Shown piece after piece: positions 37,555 to 40,000 of a stretch of 40,000 nt of DNA (its first letter is position 1; each line of letters opens with the position of its first letter). The notes below the pieces were generated by a model. That model did not search any database. It was given only the letters and a program-made list of their open reading frames with translations, and was not told the origin of the DNA. Origin of the DNA: Marinimicrobium locisalis (GTDB lineage: Bacteria; Pseudomonadota; Gammaproteobacteria; Pseudomonadales; Cellvibrionaceae); contig NZ_JBDLLG010000018.1 of NCBI RefSeq assembly GCF_039822625.1, positions 1 through 40,000 of the forward strand, given 5' to 3'. The position numbers and the translations under genes are program-made.

Positions 37555-37570
37555 GATGTTATAACATTTC
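37553..37570. promoter_or_regulatory. Zur-box-like operator in the divergent promoter region of the lasso cluster
   Basis: GTGATGTTATAACATTTC, whose reverse complement is GAAATGTTATAACATCAC. It contains the same perfect 12-bp palindrome ATGTTATAACAT (37556-37567) as the box at 32600-32611. Confidence 0.6.
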
Positions 37571-37686
37571 ATTAAGTCGGATCAACAATCCCCGACTTCT
37601 ACGTTTTTATCCGTAGAGACTTTTCATCAACCCGCAATTGGCTGATGAAGATATTCGTTAGATAACGAACACAAGAGGTGATCATT

Positions 37687-37869
37687 ATGAACGAACTGAT
37701 TGAACTAGGCGTGTTAAACACAGGAAACAACGCGCAAAACAGCAGCGCTTTACCGCAGCACGAGCTCAGGGAGCTAGGCTTGGTGGTTTCAGAGACCAAA
37801 GCTCACGACCACAGCAGTAAGATGGACGACACCTTTCCATCCACATCCCCGGATTCTCTCTCACGTTGA
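37687..37869 (+). CDS. Candidate lasso-peptide precursor (60 aa)
   Basis: SD AAGAGG lies 8 nt before the ATG. The leader ends ...LRELGLVVSETK, fitting LxxxGxxxxxTx with Thr at -2. The predicted core is AHDHSSKMDDTFPSTSPDSLSR with Asp9 as ring acceptor. It sits directly upstream of the B and C genes. Confidence 0.55.
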   Translation: MNELIELGVLNTGNNAQNSSALPQHELRELGLVVSETKAHDHSSKMDDTFPSTSPDSLSR

Positions 37870-37879
37870 CATCCGGATT

Positions 37880-37915
37880 GGCGGGCGACTCCTCCACAAG
37901 AAGGAATCGCCCGCC
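37880..37915 (+). other. Stable stem-loop between the precursor and the B gene
   Basis: GGCGGGCGA-(18 nt)-TCGCCCGCC, a 9-bp GC-rich stem. It starts 11 nt after the precursor stop. No U-tract follows. Confidence 0.5.
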
Positions 37916-37937
37916 TCCCAAAAATAACGAGGTCTTC

Positions 37938-38642
37938 ATGGACCCCAAGGTGGAATCTCCGTACTTTCTCTCCAAGCAGGCACATGTATGCATCGCTGGC
38001 GGAACGATGTTTATGCTGGATGAGATAAACGGAAAATACCTAGCAATTGAAAAAACGCAAGCGGCAAGCTTCGAGCCCTTTATTGGAAATTGGCCGATAA
38101 AAGCGACAAGCTGTAACGCTCCGGTATTCCCTAGAGCTTTACTCCAGCGTCATTTAATAACTCCCTATCCTAACCTGGGAAAACCCGCCACACCGCCAAC
38201 AATTCAGCTACCCAACGTATGGTTAAGAGATGGGCAGCCTCGAGGACGACCCCGAATAACAGCGAAGGACGTTTATAGGTTCGCTATCTCCGTTTCTTGC
38301 GCACTCCATAGCAAAAAACGTTTACCGTTCAAAAATATAGTATCCATGGTTCAGAAGAGAAAACCATCCACACCAGAGCGACGGGTCGAAACTGACATAT
38401 TGGCATTATTGGTTCGTGTGTTCGATTGGCTTCGACCCTTTGCCTTTAAAAAAACAGATGAGTGTTTTCTTTACTGCTTGGCGCTCAACGAATTCCTGGC
38501 AAAATATAGCATCCACCCGACCTGGATATTCGCGGTTCAAGAGCAGCCGTTCACCGCTCACTGCTGGTTGCAATATGGTGACCAGGCGCTGACCGACATT
38601 CCATTCAACTTGCGGCGAATGGTGCCAATTCTCGTTCTCTAA
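37938..38642 (+). CDS. Lasso peptide leader protease, McjB-like (N-terminal RRE-like region fused to a transglutaminase-like Cys protease)
   Basis: SD ACGAGG lies 5 nt before the ATG at 37938. C-terminal ...ECFLYCLALNEFLAKYSIHPTWIFAVQEQPFTAHCWLQYGDQALTD fits the lasso B2 pattern C...PF.AHAW(V/L)...G....D (Cys/His/Asp triad). N-terminal HVCIAGGTMFMLDEINGKYLAIE looks like PqqD/RRE beta-strands. The track's GTG at 37866 overlaps the precursor stop and is less likely. Confidence 0.8.
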   Translation: MDPKVESPYFLSKQAHVCIAGGTMFMLDEINGKYLAIEKTQAASFEPFIGNWPIKATSCNAPVFPRALLQRHLITPYPNLGKPATPPTIQLPNVWLRDGQPRGRPRITAKDVYRFAISVSCALHSKKRLPFKNIVSMVQKRKPSTPERRVETDILALLVRVFDWLRPFAFKKTDECFLYCLALNEFLAKYSIHPTWIFAVQEQPFTAHCWLQYGDQALTDIPFNLRRMVPILVL

Positions 38643-38653
38643 GTCACCCACAT

Positions 38654-40000
38654 ATGTATCGATATATAGCGATTTTCTGGAACAGCTTCTCGTATCCGTC
38701 AGTAAATCAAGCCAGGCAAGTTAAGGCAAAGATAGAAACAAAATTTCCCAGTATGACATGCGCCTTAAAATCGGCTGATGCTGCAATCTACCATCAAAGT
38801 GACGACCAGGGAATATTTGAATGCAGCCAAGCGGGATCGCTCGTCATTTTTGGCAAGGTATTTGTTAAAAATTTCGGAACTGATATCGTGCCTGACACTG
38901 CCGTGTTCGACACCGGCTCTGCCACGGACGTTTGTAACAGTCAGGGGCGCGCACTCCTGAAAAACTACTGGGGAAGGTATATTGCATTTGGTTGTGACTC
39001 GAAGAAGGAAAAGTGGTTTGCTTTGCGAGACCCAACCGGAGAAATACCTTGCCATATCACCGTTATGGAACATGTCACCGTATTTTTCTCCAATACGGAG
39101 GACTGTTTGAAGCTGCAATTACGCCAGTTCTCCATTAACTGGCCCTACTTTGCCAGCTCGCTCATCCTTCCATTTCGAGATGGCAGCCAGACAGGTCTCA
39201 AAGAAATCACAACGCTGGAAGCAGCGGAGACGATGACTATTGAAAATGGAACTCCTGTGGCGCGAGAATCCCATTGGGATGTGGTACAAGCCGCCGCCGA
39301 GGACCCAATAACCGACTTGAACGAAGCTGTTCAGCTTGCACGAACAACCCTGCTTGGTTGTATTGGTGCATTGGCAAGCCAGCATACCCACATTCAGTTG
39401 AAGCTCTCTGGCGGGCTTGATTCCTCAATCGTCTTGGCGGGTTTGCTTCATGCCCCCTCAAAGCCCGAGGTAGAGTGCGTTCACCATTACGACCCCGGCA
39501 TCGGAGCGGATGAAAGGGAGTATGCAAGAATGGCGGTTGCAGGAGCCTCCCAATCCTCAGGCAGAACCTGCGAGCTTATTGAGCATGAACGAAGACCTTA
39601 CTGCTCCTTGGAAGAAATAATGGATTTCCCACGGACTGCTCGGCTCCTCTACTGCTCAGGCTACCTTCTCCATCGCGACGTCGGATCAATTAGCGCATTA
39701 AGCGGGGCGTCAACCCGATTTACGGGCGTGGGGGGCGATGCGGTATTCCTTCGTTTCAAGGGTAACGGCGGCGCGATCGACTACGCTTGGCGTCACGGGA
39801 TTAACCTGGAGTTACTGCGGGTCGCACTCGAAACCGCTCAGTCCGGTGATTCATTCTATGGGGTTTTAATGGACGCTTTTCGTTATGGAGTGCTCAAGAA
39901 GCCGCTTTCCGCGAATAAAAGGTGGGGAAGCCCTTGCGAATGGCTTCGCGCTGGCGCCAATCAAGCCGAACCCCAACCCGCGTGGATGCGACACGCGCTT
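38654..40000 (+). CDS. Lasso peptide cyclase, asparagine-synthetase-like (McjC-like), 3'-truncated by the window edge
   Basis: I translated 449 uninterrupted codons from the ATG at 38654 to position 40000. It is absent from the supplied ORF track because it has no stop in the window. It contains the PP-loop LKLSGGLDSSIVLAGLL and the later FTGVGGDAVF of Asn-synthase-B-type adenylating enzymes. Confidence 0.85.
   Translation, partial: MYRYIAIFWNSFSYPSVNQARQVKAKIETKFPSMTCALKSADAAIYHQSDDQGIFECSQAGSLVIFGKVFVKNFGTDIVPDTAVFDTGSATDVCNSQGRALLKNYWGRYIAFGCDSKKEKWFALRDPTGEIPCHITVMEHVTVFFSNTEDCLKLQLRQFSINWPYFASSLILPFRDGSQTGLKEITTLEAAETMTIENGTPVARESHWDVVQAAAEDPITDLNEAVQLARTTLLGCIGALASQHTHIQLKLSGGLDSSIVLAGLLHAPSKPEVECVHHYDPGIGADEREYARMAVAGASQSSGRTCELIEHERRPYCSLEEIMDFPRTARLLYCSGYLLHRDVGSISALSGASTRFTGVGGDAVFLRFKGNGGAIDYAWRHGINLELLRVALETAQSGDSFYGVLMDAFRYGVLKKPLSANKRWGSPCEWLRAGANQAEPQPAWMRHAL

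Noticed and set aside
37714-37760. Alternative leader/core junction ...VLNT|GNNAQNSSALPQHE in the precursor
   Set aside because: Thr would be at -1 rather than -2, and the resulting core has no Asp/Glu at positions 7-9. The ETK|AHDHSSKMD junction fits the known rules better.
1-40000. CRISPR arrays, rRNA genes, integrons
   Set aside because: I saw no regularly spaced direct repeats with unique spacers, no rRNA-like sequence, and no attC/intI signatures on reading both strands.

Overview
GC-rich gammaproteobacterial-type chromosome segment. The backbone is housekeeping: tRNA-Ala(GGC), gltX, moaC-moaD-moaE, acnA, a Nu-class GST, a DUF481 outer-membrane protein, dusA, tal, a TerB-like gene, two divergent GPH-family symporters and gcvP. 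Three accessory blocks interrupt or flank it. (i) 1-4.85 kb is an AT-richer island next to tRNA-Ala. It carries a P2 GpA-type rolling-circle Rep preceded by iteron-like repeats, a KTSC protein and a SIR2-HerA anti-phage gene pair. (ii) 23.04-32.25 kb starts 10 nt after the gcvP stop codon and is a decayed mobile-DNA mosaic. It holds Tn7-like end repeats, a transposase HTH fragment, a complete group II intron with its RT/maturase, a SymE-like toxin gene, and an Rhs/YD-repeat toxin with an unassignable 108-aa C-terminal domain plus a translationally coupled 4-TM immunity gene. It also holds IS256- and IS1380-family fragments, one fused in frame to a truncated unknown gene. (iii) 32.6 to >40 kb is a block controlled by two Zur-type operators that share the core ATGTTATAACAT. 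It starts with a dksA2-type paralogue, a COG0523 GTPase and a MerC-like membrane protein. It then continues into an AT-richer lasso-peptide cluster, which is the most interesting part of the window. That cluster has a YojI/McjD-like ABC exporter, a divergent orphan 308-aa gene, a 60-aa precursor, a fused McjB-like protease and an Asn-synthetase-like cyclase. The cyclase runs off the window and is missing from the supplied ORF track. The predicted core peptide (AHDHSSKMD...) would have a His/Asp-rich 9-residue ring. That makes it a candidate zinc-starvation-induced lasso peptide, a regulatory link I am not aware of being described. I saw no rRNA, no CRISPR array and no glycine riboswitch. Most long ORFs antisense to the GC-rich genes are artefacts.
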